A stretch of 52,199 nt of DNA from Clostridia bacterium (lineage in GTDB: Bacteria; Bacillota; Clostridia; Oscillospirales; Acutalibacteraceae). The stretch lies in assembly GCA_024404755.1 (NCBI GenBank), contig JAKSPN010000001.1, forward strand, positions 1-52,199, in the 5' to 3' direction. The notes beneath the pieces are model-generated. The model did not search any database. It was not told where the DNA came from and was given only the letters and a program-made list of their open reading frames with translations. A program made the translations under genes and the position numbers. Each line of letters starts with the position of its first letter. Position 1 is the first letter of the stretch. Below, in pieces: positions 25,161 to 34,268 of the stretch.

Positions 25161-26519
25161 TTATTTCGCCAAAATGTCGTTGAGTTCGTCCATACCGGCC
25201 ACGGTGGTAACCACAATCACGCGGTCGTCGGTGCGAATCACGTCGTCGCCGGTAGGATAGATGATTTTGCCGGCGCGCACGATGCTGACAATCAGCAAAT
25301 TCTTTTGCAGCCGCAGATTTTTCAGCGGCAAATCTTTGCCTTTGAAGTCGTCGTTCACCCGAAACTCAATCGCTTCCACTTTGCCGCCGACGATTTTGGA
25401 CAGTGCCAACATACTGCCGCCGGAAGAACTCTGCATCGCGCGGACGTACCGCACGATACGGTCCGCCGCGATGGTATGCGGCGTAATCACGCACTCGATG
25501 CCCGCTTTGGAAAGCACTTCACCGAAGGAGATGTGGTTGACCTTGGTGATGACTTTCGGCACGTTGCACGCGCCCGCGTACATGGAAATCACCACGTTTT
25601 CCTCGTCAAGACCGGTCAGCGCCACCAGCGCATCCACTTCCTCGGCACCCTCGTCTTTCAGCGTTTCGCGGTCCGAGCCGTCGCCGCAAAGCACGGTGGC
25701 TTTCGGATAGCGCTCGGCAAGCAGTTCGCACCGTTTCGGGTCCATATCCAACACCTTCACGCGGATACCCGCTTCGAGCAGTTCACGGATGAGGTAATAG
25801 GCGATTTTGCCGCCGCCCACAATCATCGCGGTGCGGGTTTTGGTGCTCGTAAGTCCCAACGTGCGGAACAGTTGCGAAATATCGTTCGGCGCGGCGGTCA
25901 AACTGATGCGATCTCCTTCCTGCGGCACAAAATCGCCGTTCGGGATAATCACGTCGTCCCCGCGCTGCACGGCGCAGATAAGAATCTGCGCCTTAAACAG
26001 ACCGGACAGTTTCGACAGCGGATGTCCGATAATCGGGCTGTCCGCCGGCAGTTTCAGTTCCACGATTTCAATGCGGCCTTTGGCGAAAAAGTCCACTTTC
26101 ATCGCCGACGGGAAGCGGAGAATACGGGAAATATCCGTCGCCGCCTCTTTTTCGGGGTTGATGGCAAGACTCAGGTTGAGTTCGTCCCGCAACGTCATCA
26201 CGCTCTTGGCGTAATCCGGCTCGCGGACACGGGCAATACTGTGTTTTGCACCCAATTTTTTCGCCAACAGACAACACAGAATATTCTGCTCGTCGGTAGA
26301 CGTGACGGCAATCATCAAATCCGCCGTCGGCACACCCGCCTGGGTTTGCACCTCTTGGCTCAAGCCGTTGCCGTGGATACACGACACGTCCAGCGAGTTG
26401 CGCGCCATACTGATGACGGTTTCGTTGTTGTCGATAATCACGATATCGTGACCCTCGTCCGACAACCGTTCGGCAAGCGAGAAGCCCAATTTACCGTTAC
26501 CCACAATGACAATTTTCAT
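25161..26519 (-). CDS. trkA: Trk system potassium uptake protein TrkA (tandem RCK)
   Basis: Two Rossmann motifs (IVIVGNGKLG and MIVGGGKIA), each followed by a TrkA-C segment. 452 aa. Confidence 0.9.
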   Translation of the reverse strand: MKIVIVGNGKLGFSLAERLSDEGHDIVIIDNNETVISMARNSLDVSCIHGNGLSQEVQTQAGVPTADLMIAVTSTDEQNILCCLLAKKLGAKHSIARVREPDYAKSVMTLRDELNLSLAINPEKEAATDISRILRFPSAMKVDFFAKGRIEIVELKLPADSPIIGHPLSKLSGLFKAQILICAVQRGDDVIIPNGDFVPQEGDRISLTAAPNDISQLFRTLGLTSTKTRTAMIVGGGKIAYYLIRELLEAGIRVKVLDMDPKRCELLAERYPKATVLCGDGSDRETLKDEGAEEVDALVALTGLDEENVVISMYAGACNVPKVITKVNHISFGEVLSKAGIECVITPHTIAADRIVRYVRAMQSSSGGSMLALSKIVGGKVEAIEFRVNDDFKGKDLPLKNLRLQKNLLIVSIVRAGKIIYPTGDDVIRTDDRVIVVTTVAGMDELNDILAK

Positions 26520-26557
26520 TTACAACACCTCAATTTCTGAAAAGGCCTATTCAAAAG

Positions 26558-27430
26558 TCAATATTTTTCTACGTCGATTTCTTTGCGCATCGCGCAATAA
26601 CTTTGGTGGCGCGAGGGGGCGATTTCCCCCGCCGCGACCGCCTCGCACACCGCGCATCCTTTTTCGGAAACGTGGTGGCAGGAAGCGAATTTACACTTGC
26701 CGAGATACGGCAAAAACTCCCGAAAACAAAACGGCAGGTTGTCGGGGTCAATATCCGTCAACCGCGGCAGTTCGAGCGACGAAAATCCCGGTGTATCCGC
26801 GAAAAAGCCGCCGTCCTCCCGTTCATACAAGACGGTGGCGCGGGTGGTGTGCCGTCCGCGCCCGAGTTTGCGGCTGGTTTCGCCGGTAGACAGCCCGAGC
26901 CGCGGGTCCAAACGGTTGAGAAGCGAGGATTTCCCCACGCCGCTGTTGCCGGAAAACACACAAATCTTGCCGGACAGCGCCGCTTTGAGCGCCTCCACCC
27001 CGTCGCCGGTTTCCGCCGACACGGTAAAGGTGCGAAATCCCGCCTGTTCGTAAAGCGCATGAAGCGCGGCGGCATCTTCCAAATCGGATTTGTTAAACAC
27101 AATAACCGGCTCGATTTCCTGCTCTTCCGCGAGCGCAATCATTGCATCCAAAACGGGCAAATTCGGTGCGGGGTCGGTCACCGACGACACGAGCACCAAA
27201 CAGTCCACGTTGGCGACCGGCGGGCGGCGCAGAGCGTTTTTGCGCGTCAGCAGTTCCTCGATAGCGCCGGTGCCGTCATCCTGCACCGTTACGCGCACGA
27301 GGTCACCCGCCAGCGGCGACACCCCTTGTTTTCGCAAAGAGCCGCGACCGCGGCACTCCGCCGTTCCCTCGTCGGTTTTGACGGTATAAAACCCGCCGAG
27401 CACCCCGAGAACACGTCCGTTTTTCTCCAT
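26558..27430 (-). CDS. rsgA: ribosome small-subunit-dependent GTPase A
   Basis: Circularly permuted GTPase (NKSDL ... GNSGVGKSSLLN) with a C-terminal Zn knuckle (CKFASCHHVSEKGC). Start set at ATG 27430 with AGGAGGA RBS. Confidence 0.9.
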   Translation of the reverse strand: MEKNGRVLGVLGGFYTVKTDEGTAECRGRGSLRKQGVSPLAGDLVRVTVQDDGTGAIEELLTRKNALRRPPVANVDCLVLVSSVTDPAPNLPVLDAMIALAEEQEIEPVIVFNKSDLEDAAALHALYEQAGFRTFTVSAETGDGVEALKAALSGKICVFSGNSGVGKSSLLNRLDPRLGLSTGETSRKLGRGRHTTRATVLYEREDGGFFADTPGFSSLELPRLTDIDPDNLPFCFREFLPYLGKCKFASCHHVSEKGCAVCEAVAAGEIAPSRHQSYCAMRKEIDVEKY

Positions 27431-27519
27431 TCGTCCTCCTAAACACCGCCGAATGCGGTGCAACAAAAGCCGCAAAAAACGGTTGCCCGTTCCTCCACGG
27501 CTTTTGCGTTACGTCAAAT

Positions 27520-29619
27520 TTATTCCTCGCCGTGCGCCGCATCCGACACGTCCGCCGCGGAATTCTCCGCCGGCTCGGTCGTCTTCACCGGTTCGGTCGT
27601 CTTCACCGGTTCGGTCGTTTTCGGCGCTTCGGTCGTCTTCACCGGCTCTTTGAAACTATGTTTTTCGGTAACGTTGGCTTTGCCCGCCACCGGGTCTACG
27701 GTATACTTGTAGTACGGCGCATACTCGCTCGAACCGGCGACGGCGATTTGCACCGCCACGCTGTATTTCGTGCCGCGCACCTCGGTAAAGGTCAGCGTTT
27801 TCACACCGAGGTCAGAGGGCAACAACCCTTGCAACCCCGCGGAATAATCGGCGTTATACGAGCCGTCCACGTACACTTTGAGGTCCACAGCGCAAGACAC
27901 GGACGGCAGCGGCAACGCCACTTGCACGTCGCGGTAGCCGGAACTGACCACGAGCGACACCGCCGTGCCGGGTTTCAAACTCTCGCCGCCGGCAGGACTC
28001 TGTTCCAACACGGTGCCCGCCGGTTTTTCGCTGTTTTTCTCTTTGCCCACCGAGGCGGTGAAGCCCTGCTCGGTCAGGCGTTTAATCGCATCGTCTTTCT
28101 GCGAGCCGACCACGTCGTCCACTTTGACCGGGTCGGGCTCTTTGACACCGGTGCTGACGTACACGTACACAATCGTGCCTTTGACAACCGGCGTTTCGGC
28201 GGGCGTAATTTTAATGACGTTGCCTACCGCCACTTCGTCGGAAGACGCTTCCACTTTTTGCGGCTCCAACAAGAGGGATTTCAGCCGCGACATAATCTGC
28301 GCTTCCGGCTGCGTGCCGTTGATTTCCGGCAACTCAATTTCCTGCGCACCCTTGCTAATAGTGAGCGTCAACACTTTGGTTTTGGCTTTCACGTGTTTGT
28401 TGGCGGCAGGGTCCTGCGCCACCACGTAGCCCTTTTCGTAGTCGTTGTTAAACTCGTATTCGAGCGACACGTCGGCAAACTCTTTGAAGTTATCCGCCGA
28501 CAGATCGTCGTATTTCTTGCCGACAAAGTTCGGCACGACAAGCGTATCTTTCCCCTTGCCGCCGAACAGCCAGTTGTTGCTGATGGCGACAATGCCGAGG
28601 ATGACGAGGGTCAGGAAAATCACGCCCGCCGCCACCGCCAGCCAGAACGGTTTGGAGAACAGGAATTTCTGCTTTTCAATCGGCTCGGCATCCGCCACCG
28701 ACGAACGGGACGTGCCTTTGATGCTGGTAATCGCATCCACGTAGCGGGTCGGGTTTTCGTCGGTCAGATAGGTATAGGCGAAATGGATGCTCGGATTTTG
28801 CTTGAATTCCTGGATATCCTGCAACATCTCCGCCGCCGACTGATAGCGTTTTTCGGGGTTTTTCTGCATGGCTTTCATAGTGATTTCTTCGAGACCTTCC
28901 GGAATATCCGGGTTAATCTCGGTCGGCTTTTTCGCCTGCGACTGCAACTGCATAATCGCGACCGACACCGCGTTGTCCGCCTCAAACGGCAACGAGCCGG
29001 TCAGCATTTCATACAGCATCACACCGACGGAATAGATGTCGGATTTCTCGTCGGTCAACGCGCCGCGCGCCTGCTCGGGGCTGATGTAATGCACCGAGCC
29101 GATGGCTTTGTTCGTGTGGTCGGTGCGCACGTCGGTGCGGGAGAAACGCGCAATGCCGAAGTCGGTCACTTTAATCGTGCCGTCCGCGAGAAGCATAATA
29201 TTCTGCGGTTTGATATCGCGGTGCACAATGCCCTTGTCGTGGGCGTGCTGCAGCGCGCGGAGAATTTGCTGAACGAAATACACCGCTTCCTGCCAGGTCA
29301 CACGTTGTTGCTCAATGTATTCTTTCAGCGAAATACCGTCGATATATTCCATCACGATATACTGGATTTTGTCGCCGAAACTCACGTCGAGCACCTTCAC
29401 GATGTTCGGGTGGGACAAAATCGCAATGGCTTTGGACTCGTTCTTAAAACGGCGGGTGAATTCCTCGTTGGTCAGATACTCGTCTTTGAGAATCTTGACC
29501 GCCACCTCGCGCTCGTCAATCGAGTCGTAGGCGCAATAGACGTAAGCCATACCGCCTACGCCGATGAGTTCACGAATTTCGTACCGTCCGTCCAGTCGTT
29601 TTCCGATGTACTTATCCAT
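27520..29619 (-). CDS. prkC: Ser/Thr protein kinase PrkC with PASTA repeats
   Basis: Hanks kinase motifs ([19 protein letters not shown]), a TM segment, 3 PASTA-like units, an Ig-like tail, and a PVKTTE repeat at the C-terminus. Confidence 0.92.
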   Translation of the reverse strand: MDKYIGKRLDGRYEIRELIGVGGMAYVYCAYDSIDEREVAVKILKDEYLTNEEFTRRFKNESKAIAILSHPNIVKVLDVSFGDKIQYIVMEYIDGISLKEYIEQQRVTWQEAVYFVQQILRALQHAHDKGIVHRDIKPQNIMLLADGTIKVTDFGIARFSRTDVRTDHTNKAIGSVHYISPEQARGALTDEKSDIYSVGVMLYEMLTGSLPFEADNAVSVAIMQLQSQAKKPTEINPDIPEGLEEITMKAMQKNPEKRYQSAAEMLQDIQEFKQNPSIHFAYTYLTDENPTRYVDAITSIKGTSRSSVADAEPIEKQKFLFSKPFWLAVAAGVIFLTLVILGIVAISNNWLFGGKGKDTLVVPNFVGKKYDDLSADNFKEFADVSLEYEFNNDYEKGYVVAQDPAANKHVKAKTKVLTLTISKGAQEIELPEINGTQPEAQIMSRLKSLLLEPQKVEASSDEVAVGNVIKITPAETPVVKGTIVYVYVSTGVKEPDPVKVDDVVGSQKDDAIKRLTEQGFTASVGKEKNSEKPAGTVLEQSPAGGESLKPGTAVSLVVSSGYRDVQVALPLPSVSCAVDLKVYVDGSYNADYSAGLQGLLPSDLGVKTLTFTEVRGTKYSVAVQIAVAGSSEYAPYYKYTVDPVAGKANVTEKHSFKEPVKTTEAPKTTEPVKTTEPVKTTEPAENSAADVSDAAHGEE
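27572..27643 (-). repeat. 4 tandem 18-bp coding repeats ([12 protein letters not shown]) at the prkC 3' end
   Basis: GG(C/T)TCGGTCGTCTTCACC-type units read directly at 27572, 27590, 27608 and 27626. Confidence 0.8.
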
Positions 29620-29640
29620 CTGTCCGTTCTCCTTTTTCTG

Positions 29641-30366
29641 TCAAGCAATGAGTGCCACGGTAATATTATCGCTTCCGCCCGCCATATTCGCGGCGTGAAT
29701 CAAACGCTCTGCCGCGGTTTGCGGCGGGAAAGAAAGCAGGATTTTCCGTATTTCGTCGGTCTCCACCATATTGGTCAAACCGTCGGTGCAAATGAGAAGT
29801 GCGCCCCGTTCGGGGATTTCCCGTTCGTCCAAATCGCATTCCACCGTATCCTCCACACCGAGAGCGCGGGTAATGAAATGCTTGCGCGGGTGGGTTTTGG
29901 CTTCGCTTTCGGTCAGCCGACCGCTTTCCACCATTTCCTGCACCAGCGAGTGGTCGCGGGTGACCTGTTCGAGCCCCGCCTCGGTCACGAGATACGCGCG
30001 GCTGTCACCGACGTGAGCAAGCACCGCGGTGTTGCCCATCACAACGGCCACCACGACGGTGGTCCCCATCCCGCGCAGGTTTTCGTCCTTGGCGGCGGTG
30101 TCGAACACCTCGACGTTGGCGGCGGCCACCGCACATTCGAGCACGTAGCGAATGGATTGCGGGGTCATATTCTCCCGATACGCGGCGGCAAGCCGTTCGG
30201 TAATGATTTTCACAGCGAGGGTGCTGGCGACGTTACCGCCTTTGGCGCCGCCCATACCGTCACATACAACGGCGAACACCACGTCGTCCGCCAGACGACC
30301 GCAGGCGTAAGCGTCTTGGTTGGTCGGGCGTACCCGCCCCGTATCCGTTTTTCCGTAAGTCTGCAC
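29641..30366 (-). CDS. stp: PP2C-family Ser/Thr phosphatase (Stp/PrpC)
   Basis: GKTDTGRVRPTNQD, DGMGG and GGSDNITV motifs. Start set at GTG 30366, preceded by AAGGAGGTGG. This removes the overlap with rlmN. Confidence 0.88.
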   Translation of the reverse strand: MQTYGKTDTGRVRPTNQDAYACGRLADDVVFAVVCDGMGGAKGGNVASTLAVKIITERLAAAYRENMTPQSIRYVLECAVAAANVEVFDTAAKDENLRGMGTTVVVAVVMGNTAVLAHVGDSRAYLVTEAGLEQVTRDHSLVQEMVESGRLTESEAKTHPRKHFITRALGVEDTVECDLDEREIPERGALLICTDGLTNMVETDEIRKILLSFPPQTAAERLIHAANMAGGSDNITVALIA

Positions 30367-30380
30367 GGTGTTCCACCTCC

Positions 30381-31418
30381 TTACACTTGTTCGTTGCGTT
30401 TTAATTGCCCGCAAGACGCGCTGATATCCGCGCCGAGCGTGCGCCGCACCGTCACGGGAATCCCGCGGGCGGCCAAAATATCCGAGAACGCTTTTAAGCG
30501 TTCGGCTTTACTGCGTTTATGGTCTTTCCCCCGCACTTCGTTGGCGGGAATGAGGTTGACGTGGCAGAGCATCCCTTTGAGTTTGCCCGCGAGTTCGCGC
30601 GCGCACTCGTCCGAGTCGTTCACCCCGTCAATCATCGCGTATTCAAACGAAATGCGCCGCGAGGTCGCGCTCGCGTAATCGCGGCAGGCGGAAAGCAGTT
30701 CGTCCACCGACCAGCGTTTGGCGACCGGCATCATCTGCCGCCGCAATTCGTCGTTCGGCGCGTGAAGCGACACCGAAAGCGTGAGTTGCAGATTTTCCTC
30801 CTGCAAACGGCGGATTTTATCCACCAATCCGCAGGTGGAAAGCGACACGTGCCGCATACCGATATGCACGCCGCCCTCTTCCGAGAGCATCTGCAAAAAA
30901 CGCAGGACGTTGTCGTAGTTATCCAGCGGCTCGCCCATCCCCATCAGCACGATGTGGGACACCCGCACGTTTTGTTCCGCTTCGGCGGCTTCGGCAGCCT
31001 CGATTTGGGCAATCATCTCGGAGGGAAGCAGATTGCGGACAAGTCCCTCCATGCCGGTCGCGCAAAACGAGCAACCCATCCGGCAACCGACTTGGGTGGA
31101 CAGGCATTGCGACCAACCGTGTTTATAGTGCATCAGCACCGATTCCACGACCTCGCCGTCCGACAAGCGGAAAAGATACTTCACCGTGCCGTCAATCGCG
31201 GACACGAAACGCTTTTCCACCGTCACCGACGGCACGAGCGCGGCTTCTTTAAGAAACGCCCGCAAATCGGCAGGCAGGTTTTGCATTTTGTCGAAATCGG
31301 TCACACCGCGGTCCAAAAACGAGCGAATTTGCTTCGCGCGAAACGCGGGAAACCCCGCCGCGGTCACGAACGCCGTCAACTCGACATCGGTCATCGACTT
31401 TACGTCGCGTTTATCCAT
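30381..31418 (-). CDS. rlmN: 23S rRNA (adenine2503-C2)-methyltransferase RlmN (radical SAM)
   Basis: CRMGCSFCATG radical-SAM cluster motif and the conserved late Cys (SCGQL). Confidence 0.9.
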   Translation of the reverse strand: MDKRDVKSMTDVELTAFVTAAGFPAFRAKQIRSFLDRGVTDFDKMQNLPADLRAFLKEAALVPSVTVEKRFVSAIDGTVKYLFRLSDGEVVESVLMHYKHGWSQCLSTQVGCRMGCSFCATGMEGLVRNLLPSEMIAQIEAAEAAEAEQNVRVSHIVLMGMGEPLDNYDNVLRFLQMLSEEGGVHIGMRHVSLSTCGLVDKIRRLQEENLQLTLSVSLHAPNDELRRQMMPVAKRWSVDELLSACRDYASATSRRISFEYAMIDGVNDSDECARELAGKLKGMLCHVNLIPANEVRGKDHKRSKAERLKAFSDILAARGIPVTVRRTLGADISASCGQLKRNEQV

Positions 31419-32787
31419 CGTTTTCGCCGCCTTTCTTCAAAAATCCGGCGATATAAAACCCGTCGCTCCCCGTCACAAAGGGAAACAGCGTGATTTCGTG
31501 GCTCGGCGCAACCCCGCACAGCGCGAACAGTTCCGGCACCGGCAATATCCGCGGCGAAAACTCCGGATGTTCTTTGAGAAACCGCGCCGTTTGCTGCTCG
31601 TTTTCGGCGGGGTTTAAGGTGCAGGTCGAATATTGCAGCACGCCGCCGGGTTTTACCATCGCGGCGCTCTGTTCCAAAATGCGGTACTGCACGTCGGGCA
31701 ATTCCGACAGCATCGAGAGGTCTTTATAGCGAATTTCCGGCTTGCGGCGAATAACACCGAGACCGGAGCACGGCACGTCGCACAACACGCGGTCAAACGC
31801 GCCTACAAGCGGTTTCGGGCAAGGCGTCGCGGCATCCCGCGCCACCGTTTGCACAATGGTTGCACCGGCTTCTTCGGCGCGGCTTTCCATCCTGTCGCAC
31901 TTTTGCGGATAGAGGTCACACGCCAAAATCGAGCCGCGATTTTCCATATATTGCGCCGCGGTCAGCGATTTGCCGCCCGGTGCGGCACACACGTCCGCCA
32001 CCCGTTCGGAGGGCTTGGGCGAAAGCGCTTTCACACACCACCCCGAAGCGACGTCCTGATAATACCACTTTTTATTTGAAAAATCAAGCATTTTCCGTTC
32101 GTCCGCGGCCTCCACCGTTACGGTAGCGGGAAGCCCCTCGACAAACGCAAACGAAATGCCCGCGGCTTCGGCTTCTTTCGCCCATTCCGCCGCCGTGGTT
32201 TTCAGCGTGTTGATTTTCACCGACGTGGGCGGGCGGTCGTTGAGATGCGCCACGAGTTTTCGCGCCGTATCTTCGCCGTACGCCGCGGCAAAAAAATCAA
32301 ACAGCGGTTTCGGGCAGGATTCTTTAAGGCACAAGCCCTCGTCTCCCGCGGGAAACCCGTCAAACAACGTGGCGCGGTCGCGGTCAATCCCGCGCAGCAC
32401 CGCGTTGACAAACCCCGCCGCACGCGCCTGTCCGCAGGCCTTCGTGAGGTTGACCGCCTCGTTAACCGCGGCGGAAACGGGGATTTTATCGCAATAGAGC
32501 AACTGGAACGCGCCGACGCGCAGGTGTTCGAGCACCAGCGGGTGCAGACGTTTCAGCGGTTGTTTCGACCGCGCCTGCAACACGGCATCGAGTGTCAGCC
32601 GCCGTTCCTCCACCCCGCGCACGAGGTGAGCATAGAGCGCTTTGTCCGCCGCCGGCGCAGTCTTGTAAGCACCGGACAGCGCGTTGTCGATAAGAATATT
32701 CGAGTAGCCGCCGCCCAGATGCAATTTTTGCAGGGTTTTGGCCGCCATCTCGCGGGCGGAAACCGCCGTTTTTTCGGTTTTTGCCAC
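31411..32787 (-). CDS. rsmB: 16S rRNA (cytosine967-C5)-methyltransferase RsmB
   Basis: N-terminal NusB-like domain. SAM-MTase motifs DVCAAPGGK and DVPCSGLGV, plus TCT. Confidence 0.9.
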   Translation of the reverse strand: MAKTEKTAVSAREMAAKTLQKLHLGGGYSNILIDNALSGAYKTAPAADKALYAHLVRGVEERRLTLDAVLQARSKQPLKRLHPLVLEHLRVGAFQLLYCDKIPVSAAVNEAVNLTKACGQARAAGFVNAVLRGIDRDRATLFDGFPAGDEGLCLKESCPKPLFDFFAAAYGEDTARKLVAHLNDRPPTSVKINTLKTTAAEWAKEAEAAGISFAFVEGLPATVTVEAADERKMLDFSNKKWYYQDVASGWCVKALSPKPSERVADVCAAPGGKSLTAAQYMENRGSILACDLYPQKCDRMESRAEEAGATIVQTVARDAATPCPKPLVGAFDRVLCDVPCSGLGVIRRKPEIRYKDLSMLSELPDVQYRILEQSAAMVKPGGVLQYSTCTLNPAENEQQTARFLKEHPEFSPRILPVPELFALCGVAPSHEITLFPFVTGSDGFYIAGFLKKGGENDG

Positions 32788-32851
32788 GTCGGTCCCCTCC
32801 CCACGCTTGTTTTTTGTGAAAATTTAGGCGTAAAGCACTTTTGCTTTACAG

Positions 32852-33769
32852 TTATCCGAGTGCCGTTCCAAGCGGCAGTTCGTGCCCGCGCCAGAACAGT
32901 TCGGCATCCATCGCCTTGCCGCCCTCGATTTGGACGGTGACGAGTTGCAACGCCACGCCGTCGCCGCACGCCACGCAAAGCGGCGTTCCGCTGACGATTG
33001 TGCCGGGTTTGCCGTTCGTTTGACCGCCCACTTTTGCGGCGTGGACTTTCAGCGTTTTGCCGTTCCACACGGTTTGCGCCGTCGGCCACGGGTTGAGCCC
33101 GCGCACTTGGTTGTAAAGTTCAACCGCTTTACGGTTAAAATCCAGCGGACTGTCTTTTTTCGTCAGCATCGGAGCGTACACACTCTCGCCCACTTGCGGT
33201 TTTCGCGTAATCGTTCCCGCTTCGAGCCCTTTAAGCGTATCCGAAAGCACGTCCGCGCCGTCGGCGGCGAGCGCATCAAAGAGTTCGCCGGCGGTCATCT
33301 CGCCCACCTTGCGGCGGCGTTCGAGCAGAATATCGCCGGTGTCGAGCCCCGCGTCCATCTGCATGGTCGCAACGCCGCTTTCCTCGTCGCCCGCCAGCAC
33401 CGCCCATTGGATGGGCGCGGCGCCGCGAAACCGCGGCAACAGCGAGCCGTGGACGTTGACACAGCCGTATTGCGGCAAATCCAGCACCCGTTGCGGGATA
33501 ATCTTACCGTACGCCACCACCACGATGCAATCGGGCTTCTCGGCGGCGAGACGGTCATAGGTTTCGTCCGTTTTCATCGAGGCGGGCTGAAACACGGGAA
33601 TCCCCCGTTCCACCGCCAACTGTTTCACCGGCGGCGGGGTCAAAATCTGCTTTCTGCCGACGGCTTTGTCCGCTTGGGTAACCACAAGCGTGACCTCGTG
33701 GCCGTCCGCGAGCAGTCGTTCGAGCGACGGGAGCGCAAAATCCGGCGTTCCCATAAACACGATGCGCAT
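32852..33769 (-). CDS. fmt: methionyl-tRNA formyltransferase
   Basis: MRIVFMGTPDFA, HGSLLPRFRGAAPIQ. 305 aa. Confidence 0.92.
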   Translation of the reverse strand: MRIVFMGTPDFALPSLERLLADGHEVTLVVTQADKAVGRKQILTPPPVKQLAVERGIPVFQPASMKTDETYDRLAAEKPDCIVVVAYGKIIPQRVLDLPQYGCVNVHGSLLPRFRGAAPIQWAVLAGDEESGVATMQMDAGLDTGDILLERRRKVGEMTAGELFDALAADGADVLSDTLKGLEAGTITRKPQVGESVYAPMLTKKDSPLDFNRKAVELYNQVRGLNPWPTAQTVWNGKTLKVHAAKVGGQTNGKPGTIVSGTPLCVACGDGVALQLVTVQIEGGKAMDAELFWRGHELPLGTALG

Positions 33770-33770
33770 C

Positions 33771-34244
33771 TTACCCCTCCGCCCTCAATTCTTCCTCGGT
33801 AAGCATCCGATCGGCGCGCTCGGTAAAGAGAATGCCGTCGAGATGGTCGTTTTCGTGGCAGGCGCACCGCGCCATCAAATCCTCGCATTTGAGGCGATAT
33901 TCGTTGCCGTTGCGGTCCTGCGCCTGCAAAATCACCTTTTGCGGGCGGGTGACAATGCCCCACTCGTTCGGGCAGGAAAGGCAACCCTCCTGTCCCGTCT
34001 GCTCGCCTTTTTTGCCGAGAATCACGGGGTTGATGGCTTCAATAAAGCCGTCGCCGGTGTCCATAATGAACAGACGGCGCAAAATGCCTACCTGCGGGCC
34101 GGCAAGCCCGACACCGTTCGAAGCAACCAGCGTTTCTTGCATATCGTCGAGCAGTTCCCACAATCTCTCGTTAAACTCGGTCACGGGGCGGCACACTTTA
34201 TGCAGCTGCGGCTCGTCGGACGTTAAAATGTTACGTAATGCCAT
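33771..34244 (-). CDS. def: peptide deformylase
   Basis: GVGLAGPQVG, EGCLS and HENDHL metal-binding motifs. Confidence 0.92.
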   Translation of the reverse strand: MALRNILTSDEPQLHKVCRPVTEFNERLWELLDDMQETLVASNGVGLAGPQVGILRRLFIMDTGDGFIEAINPVILGKKGEQTGQEGCLSCPNEWGIVTRPQKVILQAQDRNGNEYRLKCEDLMARCACHENDHLDGILFTERADRMLTEEELRAEG

Positions 34245-34268
34245 AAAAATTCCTCCAAAACGCGGGTA

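Noticed and set aside
24609-26540. 643-aa plus-strand ORF antisense to trkA
   Set aside because: This is a shadow ORF. The trkA frame shows two Rossmann motifs and an RBS, and this frame has neither.
27532-30678. 1048-aa plus-strand ORF spanning prkC, stp and part of rlmN
   Set aside because: It is antisense to three well-supported genes and crosses their intergenic gaps. The composition is Arg/His/Gly-rich and no family features are present.
32830-32849. 8-bp hairpin GTAAAGCA/TGCTTTAC between fmt and rsmB, considered as a terminator
   Set aside because: The stem is AT-rich and weak with no proper T run, and it sits inside a conserved operon. It is at most a minor pause or processing site.
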